NCBI GenBank assembly: GCA_900318775.1
Contig: ONLY01000010.1
Span: 5,620 to 69,619 of the forward strand
Direction of reading: 5' to 3'
Length of the DNA: 64,000 nucleotides
Origin: an uncultured Prevotellaceae bacterium
Lineage (GTDB): Bacteria > Bacteroidota > Bacteroidia > Bacteroidales > Bacteroidaceae
Each line of letters opens with the position of its first letter. Position 1 is the first letter of the stretch. A model generated the notes under the pieces. The model was given only the letters and a program-made list of their open reading frames with translations. It had not been told where the DNA came from and searched no databases. The translations under genes and the position numbers were made by a program. This document shows positions 15,982-25,983 of the stretch, piece by piece.

Positions 15982-17156
15982 GGTTGGGCGTGATAGGTAA
16001 AGTGGGCTTGCGACAATGAGCGCACCAGCAAACTCAATACAACGAGCCACATGGCAACGTTGAAGGATTGTGGGCAGACAGCCATTGTGGCAATGAAAAT
16101 GATGAGAACTGCCATATTGATGTATGACAGTTTGTTATAGATTCCTTTCTTGTGACAATAGACGAGCCATCCAGCATAAAGGAGTGGAAGTGGGTTGAAG
16201 ACAACCACCAGCCAGTTGCTGTCCACTGCTGGATGCTCAGACAAGAAAAAGAGGAAGGCCACGATGATGCCGGCAATACCTTGTGCAATGTGCATAGGCA
16301 CATCAAGCCAAAGTGTATAAAATCCTTTTCGCCATTCAAAAATGAACAGCAGAATTGATGCAGTCAATAGAATTGCAAAAACGAAGAGTGGAGACAGCAG
16401 AAAGGGAGTGGGCTGGTTCTCGTTTGTTTCTGCCAGAATCTGATGTGTGGAAGACAAAAATGGTGCCTTGTTGCCATCCGTGCGCTCTATTTGTGCCTCG
16501 TTCACTTCGCTGCTGTAGAATGCGGGCAAGAACATCTGAATGCGCTTGTCAACCTCTTGGTCAATTTCTGAGCCTAAAATCATATCGATGCCAAATTTTG
16601 TCCATGCGTCTTGTGCAAGACATTGATTCAGCATTTGGCGAATGGTCTTTTTTTCTAGTGCACGCTGATATACAATCTTTCCGTTCACAGCATGCTCCAC
16701 CATATTGCGCGCGCGCTCTGTACAATTATCATAAAGCCACATGTAGCGGTATTGCTGATTCTCAGGGCGAATATTTTCAAGCAGGAGATAGGCCAATTGC
16801 AAAGATTCCTCTTGACTGAGGTTGAGCGTCTGCTCCGTCACGCCGTTGCCCATGCGCCCATAGCGAGCTACGAAATACTCATATGGTTCAGCTTCCAGCA
16901 AATAGTCAGTTTGTCCCAGCAGGAATTTCCACATGAAATCGTTTGTAGCACCGTCGAAGCAACCATAGTTGAACACCACATCATTCTGGTTGGTGTGATT
17001 CTGTACCCTCAAAGCCGTATGGCCAAACTTTGCATATAAATCAGCCCCAGGTGTGCATGTCAATACAGACACACTCAATGAATCCTGCGCTTGGGAACTC
17101 ATCATGTTCAATGCACAGAATATAGCTAAGATGATATGTCGCAGAAAGTTGGTCAT
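15978..17156 (-). CDS. DUF4105 (Lnb N-terminal domain)-type protein with a C-terminal polytopic membrane region
   Basis: Signal peptide, then LTCTPGADLYAKFGHTALRV...VFNYGCFD, which is typical of DUF4105. About five hydrophobic helices at the C-terminus. Confidence 0.7.
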   Translation of the reverse strand: MTNFLRHIILAIFCALNMMSSQAQDSLSVSVLTCTPGADLYAKFGHTALRVQNHTNQNDVVFNYGCFDGATNDFMWKFLLGQTDYLLEAEPYEYFVARYGRMGNGVTEQTLNLSQEESLQLAYLLLENIRPENQQYRYMWLYDNCTERARNMVEHAVNGKIVYQRALEKKTIRQMLNQCLAQDAWTKFGIDMILGSEIDQEVDKRIQMFLPAFYSSEVNEAQIERTDGNKAPFLSSTHQILAETNENQPTPFLLSPLFVFAILLTASILLFIFEWRKGFYTLWLDVPMHIAQGIAGIIVAFLFFLSEHPAVDSNWLVVVFNPLPLLYAGWLVYCHKKGIYNKLSYINMAVLIIFIATMAVCPQSFNVAMWLVVLSLLVRSLSQAHFTYHAQP

Positions 17157-17500
17157 GATGCCTAATTACTCAAAGTGCAAAGGTACACAAAAATCTCGTA
17201 AATCAATGTTTTTCCTTCTCTTATTCTTGCTTTTTGTTGCCAACTCCTGCTTTTGACCCATGAAATGCCTCTTTATTGCTCCGAACTTCTCACTAAACAG
17301 TAAATGGATCCTCATGCATCTACATGTTCTCCAAATGTTTTTCCCTTCTTTGTCTTTGCCTTACTTCCCGTCTGTGCATTTATCTTTTACTCGTTGAAAC
17401 ACTTGTTTTCTGCTCGTTGATGCAGTCTTCTTATGCCTATTATTGAAATCGTGTTTCGTGTGTCTTTGGAGTGGTTCTATGCTGGCCACGAAACTCGTCC

Positions 17501-17580
17501 ATAACTTATGGACAATAATTCGCAACTTATGAATAATTGTTCCAAACTTATGAATAATTGTTCGTAAGTTATGAATAAGC
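17501..17580. repeat. Three to four tandem copies of a ~21-22-bp unit (CAAACTTATGAATAATTGTTCG)
   Basis: Copies at 17503-17522 (degenerate), 17523-17542, 17543-17564 and 17565-17580 (partial). They lie in a 660-bp non-coding spacer. Confidence 0.8.
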
Positions 17581-17606
17581 GGGAAGGGATGTGAGAAGTG
17601 CTTACG

Positions 17607-17643
17607 AAAAAAAGGGAACTGCACCAATGGCGGTACAGTTCCC
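17607..17643 (-). terminator. Intrinsic terminator of the nqr operon
   Basis: Arms GGGAACTG (17614-17621) / CAGTTCCC (17636-17643), with a 7-nt U-run on the minus strand (A-run 17607-17613). Confidence 0.7.
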
Positions 17644-17817
17644 TTTTGAGCTTGTATAAATTGAAACGTCTTAATTAACAAAAATGTCTTATTGATTCTT
17701 TTTGATTGTCCACCGATGTCCGTTCGCTTTATGCTTTGGCTTCGTGTCCTTGCCTCACAGAAAGCTACTTCCATCCCCTAGCGAGAAGAAAAGTATTATC
17801 AATTCTTTTCTTCTGCG

Positions 17818-19104
17818 TTATCCTCCGAAGTTGTCGAAGCGGATCATGTCGTCTTCGACACCGAGAGAGTGGAGCAAGTCGAGCACTGTCTTGGCCATCA
17901 TTGGAGGACCGCAGAGGTAGTACTCAACATCTTCAGGATTCTCATGCTGCTTGAGGTAGGTGTCGCCCATCACTGGTGCTACGAAGCCTGGAGTGTAGGC
18001 AATTCCTGCTGCATCTGCCTTTGGATCTGGACGGTCGAGGGCAAGATGGAAGTGGAAGTTGGGGAACTCCTTATCAAGCGCAAGGAAGTCGTCGAGGAAT
18101 GGAATCTCCTCGAGGGCACGAGCACCATAGAAGTAGTGCATCTCACGCTGACGGTCTTCAGGAGCGATGCCATTGCCCTTGAGCATGTGCATGATCTGCG
18201 CACGAAGAGGAGCCATACCGGCACCACCACCGACCCAAATCATCTCACGGCCTGTGCCGTACTGTGGACGGAATTCTCCGTAAGGACCAGACATGATCAC
18301 CTTGTCACCTGGTTTCAGAGAGAAGATGTAAGACGATGCGATACCTGGGTTCACATCCATGAAGCCTGGACCTTGATCCTTTGGCTTGAATGGAGGTGTC
18401 GCGATACGGACGTTGAGCGTGATGATGTCTCCCTCGTCTGGGTAGTTCGCCATAGAGTAAGCACGGATAGTTGGAGTCTCGTTGACACACTTGAGTGGGA
18501 AGAGACCGAACTTTTCCCATGCAGGGAGATAAGTGTCGCCAATGAGACTCTTATCGAAGTCCTTATCGTAGTCGATTTGGAATGCAGGAATCTTAATCTG
18601 TGCATAAGAGCCTGGTTCGAAGTCCATGTGTTCGCCTGGAGGCAGAGCCACTTTGTACTCCTTGATGAAGGTTGCCACGTTCTTGTTGCCAATCACGGTG
18701 CACTCCCATTCCTTCACGCCCATTACTGAATCTGGCACCTTGATATCAAGGTCGCCCTTCACTTTGCACTGGCAACCGAGACGGTAGCCTTCCTTAATCT
18801 GCTTGCGGGTGAAGTGGCCTTTCTCTGAGTCGAGGATTTCACCACCTCCAGACACTACCTGGCACTTGCACTGTCCGCAAGAGCCCTTGCCGCCACAGGC
18901 AGAAGGGAGGTAAACGTCATGAGCAGCGAGTGTGGAGAGCAGGCTTGAACCTTGTTCCACTTCAAGCTTGTCCTTTCCGTTGATGGTAATCGTCACATTA
19001 CCGCTTGGAGAAAGGTACTTCTTAGCAACGAGGAGGATGATGACGAGCACAAGCACAATCACCAAAAACACTCCTATACTATATAATATAAATGTCATAT
19101 CCAT
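17818..19104 (-). CDS. nqrF: Na+-translocating NADH:quinone oxidoreductase subunit F
   Basis: N-terminal TM helix, 2Fe-2S motif CGGKGSCGQCKC, and an FAD/NADH domain (RAYSMAN). Confidence 0.95.
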   Translation of the reverse strand: MDMTFILYSIGVFLVIVLVLVIILLVAKKYLSPSGNVTITINGKDKLEVEQGSSLLSTLAAHDVYLPSACGGKGSCGQCKCQVVSGGGEILDSEKGHFTRKQIKEGYRLGCQCKVKGDLDIKVPDSVMGVKEWECTVIGNKNVATFIKEYKVALPPGEHMDFEPGSYAQIKIPAFQIDYDKDFDKSLIGDTYLPAWEKFGLFPLKCVNETPTIRAYSMANYPDEGDIITLNVRIATPPFKPKDQGPGFMDVNPGIASSYIFSLKPGDKVIMSGPYGEFRPQYGTGREMIWVGGGAGMAPLRAQIMHMLKGNGIAPEDRQREMHYFYGARALEEIPFLDDFLALDKEFPNFHFHLALDRPDPKADAAGIAYTPGFVAPVMGDTYLKQHENPEDVEYYLCGPPMMAKTVLDLLHSLGVEDDMIRFDNFGG

Positions 19105-19125
19105 AATTGCTGTGTCCTTTCTTTT

Positions 19126-19755
19126 TTAGAGTTTGAGACCAGAGAAACACATGAACGCCATGGCCATGAGACCTACCGTAATGAATGTGATGCCGAGACC
19201 CTGGAGAGGCTTTGGCACATCAGAGTAAGCCATCTTTTCACGGATAGCGGCGAGACCTACGATAGCGAGTGTCCAACCGATACCAGAACCGAGCGCATAT
19301 GCAATGCAATCGCCTACACCTGAGATAGCCTGAGTGCTTGTCTCTGGGTCAAGCAGGATGCGCTGCTGCATGAAGAGTGATGCACCCATGATGGCGCAGT
19401 TCACAGCAATCAGCGGAAGGAAGATACCGAGTGCGGCATAGAGAGAAGGGGAGAAACGTTCCACGATCATCTCGACGAGCTGCACCATACCTGCGATGAC
19501 AGCGATGAAGAGAATGAATGCGAGGAATGTCAAATCCACACCTGCTGCCAAAGCGCTAGGGGCGAGCACCTTCGTCTGGAGTAAATAGTCAACAGGTACT
19601 GTGATGAGCAACACGAATGTGACTGCTACACCCAGACCGAACGAAGTCTTTACTGTCTTGGATACTGCAAGATAAGAGCACATACCCAAGAAGAAAGCGA
19701 ATATCATGTTGTCCACAAAAATAGAGCGGACGAACAAACTAATGAAATGTTCCAT
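19126..19755 (-). CDS. nqrE: Na+-NQR subunit E
   Basis: 209-aa polytopic NqrE/RnfA-family protein in operon position. Confidence 0.9.
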   Translation of the reverse strand: MEHFISLFVRSIFVDNMIFAFFLGMCSYLAVSKTVKTSFGLGVAVTFVLLITVPVDYLLQTKVLAPSALAAGVDLTFLAFILFIAVIAGMVQLVEMIVERFSPSLYAALGIFLPLIAVNCAIMGASLFMQQRILLDPETSTQAISGVGDCIAYALGSGIGWTLAIVGLAAIREKMAYSDVPKPLQGLGITFITVGLMAMAFMCFSGLKL

Positions 19756-19789
19756 AATTCTTTTCTTTTATTATTTAGGTATGTTACAC

Positions 19790-20425
19790 TTATGCTTCTA
19801 AATCCTTATTGTAGGCGCGATGTGCCCAGATGACGCAAGCCACGATGATAAGTGCCATTGCAGGCATTGTCATCATGCCGTTGTTGATGTAAAGGCCACC
19901 GTTTTCAACGTATGCACAATCTGGGATGATTTGGAAGCCAAACAAGGTTCCAAAACCCAGAAGTTCACGGATGAAACCGACGATGACGAGCACAATGGCA
20001 TAACCAAGACCGTTACCGATTCCGTCGAGGAAGCTTTCCCAAGGGCCGTTCTGCATGGCGAAAGCCTCAAGACGTCCCATGAGGATACAGTTGGTAATAA
20101 TCAGACCTACATACACAGAAAGCTGCACGCTCACATCATAAACGTATGCCTTCAGGATGTTGCTCACAATCGTTACGAGCGCTGCGACAACCACCAGCTG
20201 TACGATGATGCGGATGCGGTTAGGAATTGTCTTGCGAATCAAGGAAATGATCACATTTGAGAATGCTGTGATAACAGTTACAGAGAGTCCCATCACGATG
20301 GCTGGCTTCAGCTGTGAAGTGACAGCGAGCGCCGAGCAAATGCCGAGGACCTGAACCGCGATAGGGTTGTTCAAGTTGAGCGGACCCATGAAAACTGCGC
20401 CATTCTCTTTAGAAAATAAACTCAT
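19790..20425 (-). CDS. nqrD: Na+-NQR subunit D
   Basis: 211-aa polytopic NqrD/RnfE-family protein in operon position. Confidence 0.9.
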   Translation of the reverse strand: MSLFSKENGAVFMGPLNLNNPIAVQVLGICSALAVTSQLKPAIVMGLSVTVITAFSNVIISLIRKTIPNRIRIIVQLVVVAALVTIVSNILKAYVYDVSVQLSVYVGLIITNCILMGRLEAFAMQNGPWESFLDGIGNGLGYAIVLVIVGFIRELLGFGTLFGFQIIPDCAYVENGGLYINNGMMTMPAMALIIVACVIWAHRAYNKDLEA

Positions 20426-20440
20426 ATTCTTTGTCCTCCT

Positions 20441-21070
20441 TTATTTTTTGAATGCTTCAATTGCGCTCTGATTGTCGTTCAGGCACTTCTGAATCATGTC
20501 GTTAACACCATTTGACGTAAGTGTGGCACCTGTCACTGCATCTACATAATAATCTGCAGGAAGTGTTGCAGGAGCCTTGCCCTGTTTGTAAACACCAAGA
20601 GCTACTTGGCCGTCCTGATAGATTTTCTTTCCCTTGAATCCATCCTGGAACCACTGCTCTTTGATGCGGGCGCCAAGACCTGCAGTCTCGGATTCGTGGT
20701 TGAAGAACGTGCCATAGACGGTTTCACCATCTTTATTGATGGAAATCCATCCCCAGAGTGGTCCCCAAAGACCTGCGCCCTTCACGGCAATGATGAGTTT
20801 CTCCTCGCCATCTACATTGGCTGTGAGGGTAGGGCTATCAAGTTCTCCGCTAGTGATAACCTCATTGTACTTAGCTTCTGCAGCCGCATTGTCGAGGTCG
20901 CGGATGTTCAATGAAGAAAGAATTTGCTTCTTGGTATCAAGTGCTACATTGGCATCCTGTGTGGGCTTCAAAGCAGAAGCAACGAATGCGAGGAGGAATG
21001 CCACGATGATGACCATCACGGATGCATAAATAATAGTATATGCATTGCCATTTGTATTCAATTTTGCCAT
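20441..21070 (-). CDS. nqrC: Na+-NQR subunit C (start at MAKLNTNG)
   Basis: Single TM helix plus an FMN-binding domain with TGATLTS. The shorter start avoids overlap with nqrB. Confidence 0.9.
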   Translation of the reverse strand: MAKLNTNGNAYTIIYASVMVIIVAFLLAFVASALKPTQDANVALDTKKQILSSLNIRDLDNAAAEAKYNEVITSGELDSPTLTANVDGEEKLIIAVKGAGLWGPLWGWISINKDGETVYGTFFNHESETAGLGARIKEQWFQDGFKGKKIYQDGQVALGVYKQGKAPATLPADYYVDAVTGATLTSNGVNDMIQKCLNDNQSAIEAFKK

Positions 21071-21086
21071 AATCTTAAGTCCTCCT

Positions 21087-22262
21087 TTACTTTTTGGCAC
21101 GCTTAGTGCGCTTGTTGATATTAGCCTGTACGAAGAAGTAATCGAACAATGGTGCAAACACGTTCATCAACAGGATGGCAAGCATCATGCCTTCTGGATA
21201 GCCAGGGTTGAGCACGCGGATGATGATAGCCAGAGCACCAATGAGGAAACCGAAAATCCACTTGCCTCCTTCTGTGCGGGGGCTGGTAACAGGGTCGGTT
21301 GCCATGAACACAGCACCAAAGCAGAAGCCACCGACAGTGAGCTGCTCCCACCATTCGAAGTTCTGTGCACCATCGTAACGAAGGAAGTAAGCCATCAAGG
21401 CGCCACCCACAAATGTGGAGAGCATGATTTTCCAGCTAGCGATGTTTGCCCAAACAAGGATGACTGCACCAATCAAGATGGCAATTACTGATGTTTCACC
21501 GATGGAACCGGGAATTGTACCGATAATGGTCTGCATAGGAGTTGCGGTAACAGCCTCGCCTGCAGCCAACTGACCGAGAGGAGTTGCAGCAGATACTGCA
21601 TCTACAGCAGGAGTGCCATTGATGCAATCAATATAGTTGCCATTCACCCAAACCTTATCGCCTGACATCATAGATGGATAAGCGAAGAAGAGGAAGGCAC
21701 GAGTGACGAGAGCGGGATTGAAAATGTTCATGCCCGTACCGCCAAACACTTCCTTGGCAAAGATGACAGCGAATGCCGTTGCAATGGCAAGAATCCAAAG
21801 TGGGCAGTTCACAGGAACAATCATCGGTATGAGGATACCAGTCACGAAGAAACCTTCATGAACTTCTTCCTTTTTCCACTGAGCCACAGCGATTTCGATG
21901 CCGAGACCTACAGCATAGCTTACAATGATTTTAGGAAGCATTACTGCAAGGCCATACAGGAAATTACCCCAGATGTCAGCGCAAGGACAAGCCTCTGGAG
22001 CGCATGCACCTGTTGCCAAAGCGTGCTGATAGCCGATATTGTACATTCCGAAGAGTATAGCAGGAATCAGGGCTATCACCACAAAGAAGATAGAACGCTT
22101 TGAGTCAATGGCGTCGTGAATCTGTGCGCCACGCACCTTAGCCGTCTCATTGGGCACAAAGAAGAATGTCTCTGCTGCATCAAAGAGAGAGCCGAAAGCG
22201 CTGAGCTTACCTCCCTCAGAGAAGGTAGGCTTTAAGTTGTCAAGAATTTTCTTAAGTCCCAT
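21087..22262 (-). CDS. nqrB: Na+-NQR subunit B
   Basis: 391-aa NqrB/RnfD family protein with FMATDPVTSP (FMN-Thr site). Confidence 0.93.
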   Translation of the reverse strand: MGLKKILDNLKPTFSEGGKLSAFGSLFDAAETFFFVPNETAKVRGAQIHDAIDSKRSIFFVVIALIPAILFGMYNIGYQHALATGACAPEACPCADIWGNFLYGLAVMLPKIIVSYAVGLGIEIAVAQWKKEEVHEGFFVTGILIPMIVPVNCPLWILAIATAFAVIFAKEVFGGTGMNIFNPALVTRAFLFFAYPSMMSGDKVWVNGNYIDCINGTPAVDAVSAATPLGQLAAGEAVTATPMQTIIGTIPGSIGETSVIAILIGAVILVWANIASWKIMLSTFVGGALMAYFLRYDGAQNFEWWEQLTVGGFCFGAVFMATDPVTSPRTEGGKWIFGFLIGALAIIIRVLNPGYPEGMMLAILLMNVFAPLFDYFFVQANINKRTKRAKK

Positions 22263-22267
22263 ATTGC

Positions 22268-23611
22268 TTATTCGTTTTCTTTACGCAACATGTCGAGACC
22301 TTCTCGAACAATGCGCTGGAGTTCAACTTTTGAGCTATCCACAAACTCAGCTACAGCAAAATCCTCAGGTGCCACCTCATAGATTCCAAGAGCTTCCATG
22401 CGGTCAATGTCACCAGCGATAATTGCCTTGACAAGCTGTTCTGGATAGATATCCATTGGGAACACGGAATCGTACTCGCCGCTGAAAATCATGTGGCGGT
22501 GGCCGCCTTTCACACGGGCGTCAAGCACATACTCCTTGCTCTTGGGCATCAGCCAAGAGAAGTAAGAGCGACTGACAGAGAAATTCTTGAAGCGGGGAGC
22601 AATCCAGCCAAAAAGTTCGTTGGCATCGTCGCCTTCAGGAATCGCTGTAACCTCGGTGGAATGGGCAAGAAGGAATGCGTTTTCGCAAGTCTGCATGCCT
22701 GTCAGAGGATTGCCGTCAATCAGACGTACCTTCTTGTCTGTATTTACATTGTTTACGACAATGTCTGCAATTTTGGCGCCCACCAGAACCTGCTTGTACT
22801 GAGGCTCCTTGATTTCTGAGCCAGCCACAGCAATCGTGCGAGTGAGGTCCACCTTGCCGGTGTTGAAGAGTCTTCCAATAAATACAACTTCTTCCGCACC
22901 AATGGTCCAAGCCACTTCGCCCTTGTTGATGGGGTCAATGTGGTTAATCTGCACACCGACATTGCCTGCAGGGCACTTGCCGCTGAACGTGGTCACTTGT
23001 GCATCTTTCGTGTTAGACAACGCGCTGCCTGGCTTCACGCCAAGATATACTTTTGCCATCTTGGCAAGAGCGGAAATGCCTGTTAGGAAATCCGCTTCAT
23101 TGCCTTTCAGAACAACGTCGATGTCTGCGGCAAGTGGCATATCAGCAATGGCCGACACAAAAATGCCCTTAGGCGCATCGTCTGGATTTGCGACAACGGC
23201 ATAAGGACGTTGAATAAAGAAGCCGAAAAGTCCGCTTTCGAGGAGAGTCGCTTTGACTTGCTCGCCCGTCAGCGCTGCCACGTCCTTCTTTCCGAAGTCC
23301 ACATACGCCTGTTGCGCAGCAGCTTCAACCTGAACGCTCAAAACTTTACGACGATCACCTCTCTCTACGAGTGTCACTTTGCCCGCTACGGGAGAGACGA
23401 ACTTTACTTCTGGATGCAATTTGTCAACAAACAAAGCATCGCCAGCCTTCACTTCATCCCCTTCCTTGACCACTACTTTCGGTTTCATGCCCCAAAATGC
23501 ATCCGGTACAAGTCCATAGACTTTTGATGCAGGAGCGGCAGAAACCTGAGCAGCAGCCTTTCCTTTGAGGTTGATGTTCAAGCCTTTCGTAATTTTAATT
23601 ACATTCGCCAT
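22268..23611 (-). CDS. nqrA: Na+-NQR subunit A
   Basis: 447-aa soluble subunit, first gene of the operon. N-terminus MANVIKITKGLNINLKG is typical of NqrA. Confidence 0.92.
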   Translation of the reverse strand: MANVIKITKGLNINLKGKAAAQVSAAPASKVYGLVPDAFWGMKPKVVVKEGDEVKAGDALFVDKLHPEVKFVSPVAGKVTLVERGDRRKVLSVQVEAAAQQAYVDFGKKDVAALTGEQVKATLLESGLFGFFIQRPYAVVANPDDAPKGIFVSAIADMPLAADIDVVLKGNEADFLTGISALAKMAKVYLGVKPGSALSNTKDAQVTTFSGKCPAGNVGVQINHIDPINKGEVAWTIGAEEVVFIGRLFNTGKVDLTRTIAVAGSEIKEPQYKQVLVGAKIADIVVNNVNTDKKVRLIDGNPLTGMQTCENAFLLAHSTEVTAIPEGDDANELFGWIAPRFKNFSVSRSYFSWLMPKSKEYVLDARVKGGHRHMIFSGEYDSVFPMDIYPEQLVKAIIAGDIDRMEALGIYEVAPEDFAVAEFVDSSKVELQRIVREGLDMLRKENE

Positions 23612-23696
23612 AATCTGTGTTAATATTAACTATAAATTGTGAGATTCACTGTATGATAAAAAGCGGAGAAATTTCGCCGCCACACAAAAAACGGCA

Positions 23697-23704
23697 CAAA
23701 GGTA
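23697..23704 (-). promoter_or_regulatory. -7 box TACCTTTG upstream of nqrA
   Basis: Reverse complement of caaaggta, ~85 nt upstream of the nqrA start. Confidence 0.45.
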
Positions 23705-24023
23705 GCGCTTTTTCGATTATTGCCGAAATTTCCTTTTACATATTTAATGAAAAAGGTGAAAAAATGTTTCCCGCGTGGCTTGTGTGTTAAGCCGCCATTT
23801 CATTCATGAAGGAATTGTCTGTTTGTCGGTGGTGGCATAGCAAACGGATGTAAAAAAATCCTCTGTCTTATTTTTGTCCTGATTTTTTGCGTTTTTTTGT
23901 ATTTTTTTTAAGGTGGTAAGTTAAACGATGGAATGGAGTTATTCACATAGTTATCAACAGTTTTTGCCGAAAAGTGTTCATAATTTATTTGCTAAGGGGC
24001 TTGTTTCATTCATCATTAATTCC

Positions 24024-24031
24024 TACATTTG
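24024..24031 (+). promoter_or_regulatory. -7 box TACATTTG upstream of dnaB
   Basis: TAnnTTTG match ~55 nt upstream of the dnaB ATG. Confidence 0.45.
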
Positions 24032-24085
24032 CAACTGATAAAGTAAAGAAGAAACTTCAATCACGTATTTTCATCTCTTAAAATA

Positions 24086-25636
24086 ATGCCTGAACAAAAA
24101 ACTACAAGTCGTAGGAAATCAGCCCGTAATAGTGAGCAAGATTCACTATCTCAATTAGGGCGCTTGCTGCCTCAAGCTCTTGAACTTGAAAAGGCTGTGA
24201 TTGGCGCTTGCTTGATTGAGCAGGATGCGTTTGCTACGGTTTCCGATTTCTTGAAGCCCCACTCATTCTATGAGTCGAAGCATCAAGTTATTTTTGAGGC
24301 AATTCAGGCGCTTGCTGCATCTAATGCACCTGTTGATGTGCTCACGGTTGTGGAGCAGTTGCAGAAAAATGGGGATTTGGAAAATGCGGGTGGTCCAGCC
24401 TATATTGCGGAGTTGTCGCGCTCCATGCTTTCTGCTGCCCATTTGGAGTTTCATGCTCGTATCGTAGCTCAAAAAGCTTTAGCGCGCGACCTTATTTCAT
24501 ATACGAATACCATACAGAAGTTGGCATTCGATGACGGTCAAGACATCCAGGAGCTTATGCAAATGGCTGAAGGCAAGTTGTTTGAACTCTCCAAGTCGAA
24601 CCTGAAGAAAGATTTCACACAGATTGACCCTGTTATTAATGAGGCATACGATTTGCTGAAGAAAGCAGCAGCGCGAACTGATGGCCTTTCTGGTATTTCA
24701 TCGGGATTCACAAAGCTTGATGCGATGACGTCGGGTTGGCAAAATTCAGACCTTATTATTATTGCCGCGCGTCCTGCTATGGGTAAGACTGCATTTGTGC
24801 TATCAATGGCACGTAATATGGCTGTTGACCAGAAAATTCCCATTGCTATGTTCTCGCTCGAAATGTCAAACGTGCAGTTGGTGAACCGTTTGCTCGTGAA
24901 CGTGTGTGAGATTTCGGGTGAAAAAATCAAGAGCGGTCAATTAGCTCCCTATGAATGGCAGCAGCTTGACTATAAGATGCACGAACTTTTCGGAGCACCT
25001 TTCTATGTGGATGATACGCCATCGTTGTCCGTCTTCGAACTCCGCACAAAAGCTCGTCGATTAGTTCGTGACTACGGCGTGAGAATGATCATTATCGACT
25101 ATCTCCAGTTGATGAACGCTTCAGGAATGTCATACGGCTCCCGCCAGGAAGAGGTCTCTACCATATCTCGTTCGTTGAAAGGATTGGCCAAGGAGTTGAA
25201 TATTCCAATCATTGCATTGTCGCAGTTGAATCGTTCAGTAGAGCAGCGTACCAGTACCAATCCTGATAGCCCTGACAGCAAGCGTCCTCAGTTGAGTGAC
25301 CTCCGTGAATCAGGTGCCATCGAGCAAGATGCCGATATGGTGTGTTTCATACATCGTCCAGAATATTATAAAATATACAAAGATCAATACGGTAACGATA
25401 CGAAAGGTAAGGCCGAAATCATTATTGCAAAGCACCGTAATGGTGCCGTAGGCGATGTGACCCTTCGCTTCCGTAGTGAGTTTGCCCGTTTCTTGAATCT
25501 TGACGATGAAGTTCCGCCTATGCCCACCGATGATGGAACAATCAAACCAAGCCCTTCTAAGTTGAATGAGGCTGGTGGTGATGATCCTTTCAGCGGGTTG
25601 GATGTGTCTGCTGCTCCAAGCGATGCTCCGTTCTAA
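24086..25636 (+). CDS. dnaB: Replicative DNA helicase DnaB
   Basis: 516 aa. Walker A ARPAMGKT, IIIDYLQLM, SQLNR and DLRESGAIEQDAD, plus a low-complexity C-terminal tail. Confidence 0.95.
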   Translation: MPEQKTTSRRKSARNSEQDSLSQLGRLLPQALELEKAVIGACLIEQDAFATVSDFLKPHSFYESKHQVIFEAIQALAASNAPVDVLTVVEQLQKNGDLENAGGPAYIAELSRSMLSAAHLEFHARIVAQKALARDLISYTNTIQKLAFDDGQDIQELMQMAEGKLFELSKSNLKKDFTQIDPVINEAYDLLKKAAARTDGLSGISSGFTKLDAMTSGWQNSDLIIIAARPAMGKTAFVLSMARNMAVDQKIPIAMFSLEMSNVQLVNRLLVNVCEISGEKIKSGQLAPYEWQQLDYKMHELFGAPFYVDDTPSLSVFELRTKARRLVRDYGVRMIIIDYLQLMNASGMSYGSRQEEVSTISRSLKGLAKELNIPIIALSQLNRSVEQRTSTNPDSPDSKRPQLSDLRESGAIEQDADMVCFIHRPEYYKIYKDQYGNDTKGKAEIIIAKHRNGAVGDVTLRFRSEFARFLNLDDEVPPMPTDDGTIKPSPSKLNEAGGDDPFSGLDVSAAPSDAPF

Positions 25637-25983
25637 ATGGCAGGGGACATGTAATATAAAGAATGGTGATCGGCACGAGAATATTTGAAGTGTTTTTCTC
25701 CGTTTCATCGGAGTTTCCGCTACAAAACAATGGCGATGCCAATATGTATAAGATTGAATGAATTATATTTGTTTCAGATGATTATGCCTCAATTCGCGAG
25801 AACGCATGGCATACATTCAGCATCAATGGTTGCGTGAGCAACGTATGTTGTGATTGAATGACATTTTTTTTCTCACTTTATCAATTAGAAGGCGTGGATA
25901 CTCCATATGGGGTATCCACTTTTATTAAACTCAGGCATACGCGAAGATGGAGTATGGTGAGTTGTTTGTGTAAAGGTGAGAAA

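Noticed and set aside
17361-17774. 137-aa minus-strand ORF in the nqrF/DUF4105 spacer
   Set aside because: It reads straight through the nqr terminator hairpin, and its repetitive peptide is just the translation of the 22-bp tandem repeat. It has no promoter box.
23612-24085. Candidate oriC in the nqrA/dnaB divergent intergenic region
   Set aside because: Points in favour are one perfect TTATTCACA (23939-23947), two one-mismatch DnaA-box-like words (23951-23959 and, on the reverse strand, 23975-23983), a T-rich tract (23871-23910) and a local strand switch. However, three boxes is weak evidence, and the T-tract is homopolymeric rather than a typical DUE. Gene orientation to the right flips repeatedly (htpG, oad, aspS and ileS are on the minus strand), so there is no sustained polarity. 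It needs whole-genome GC-skew or Ori-Finder analysis, which I cannot run.
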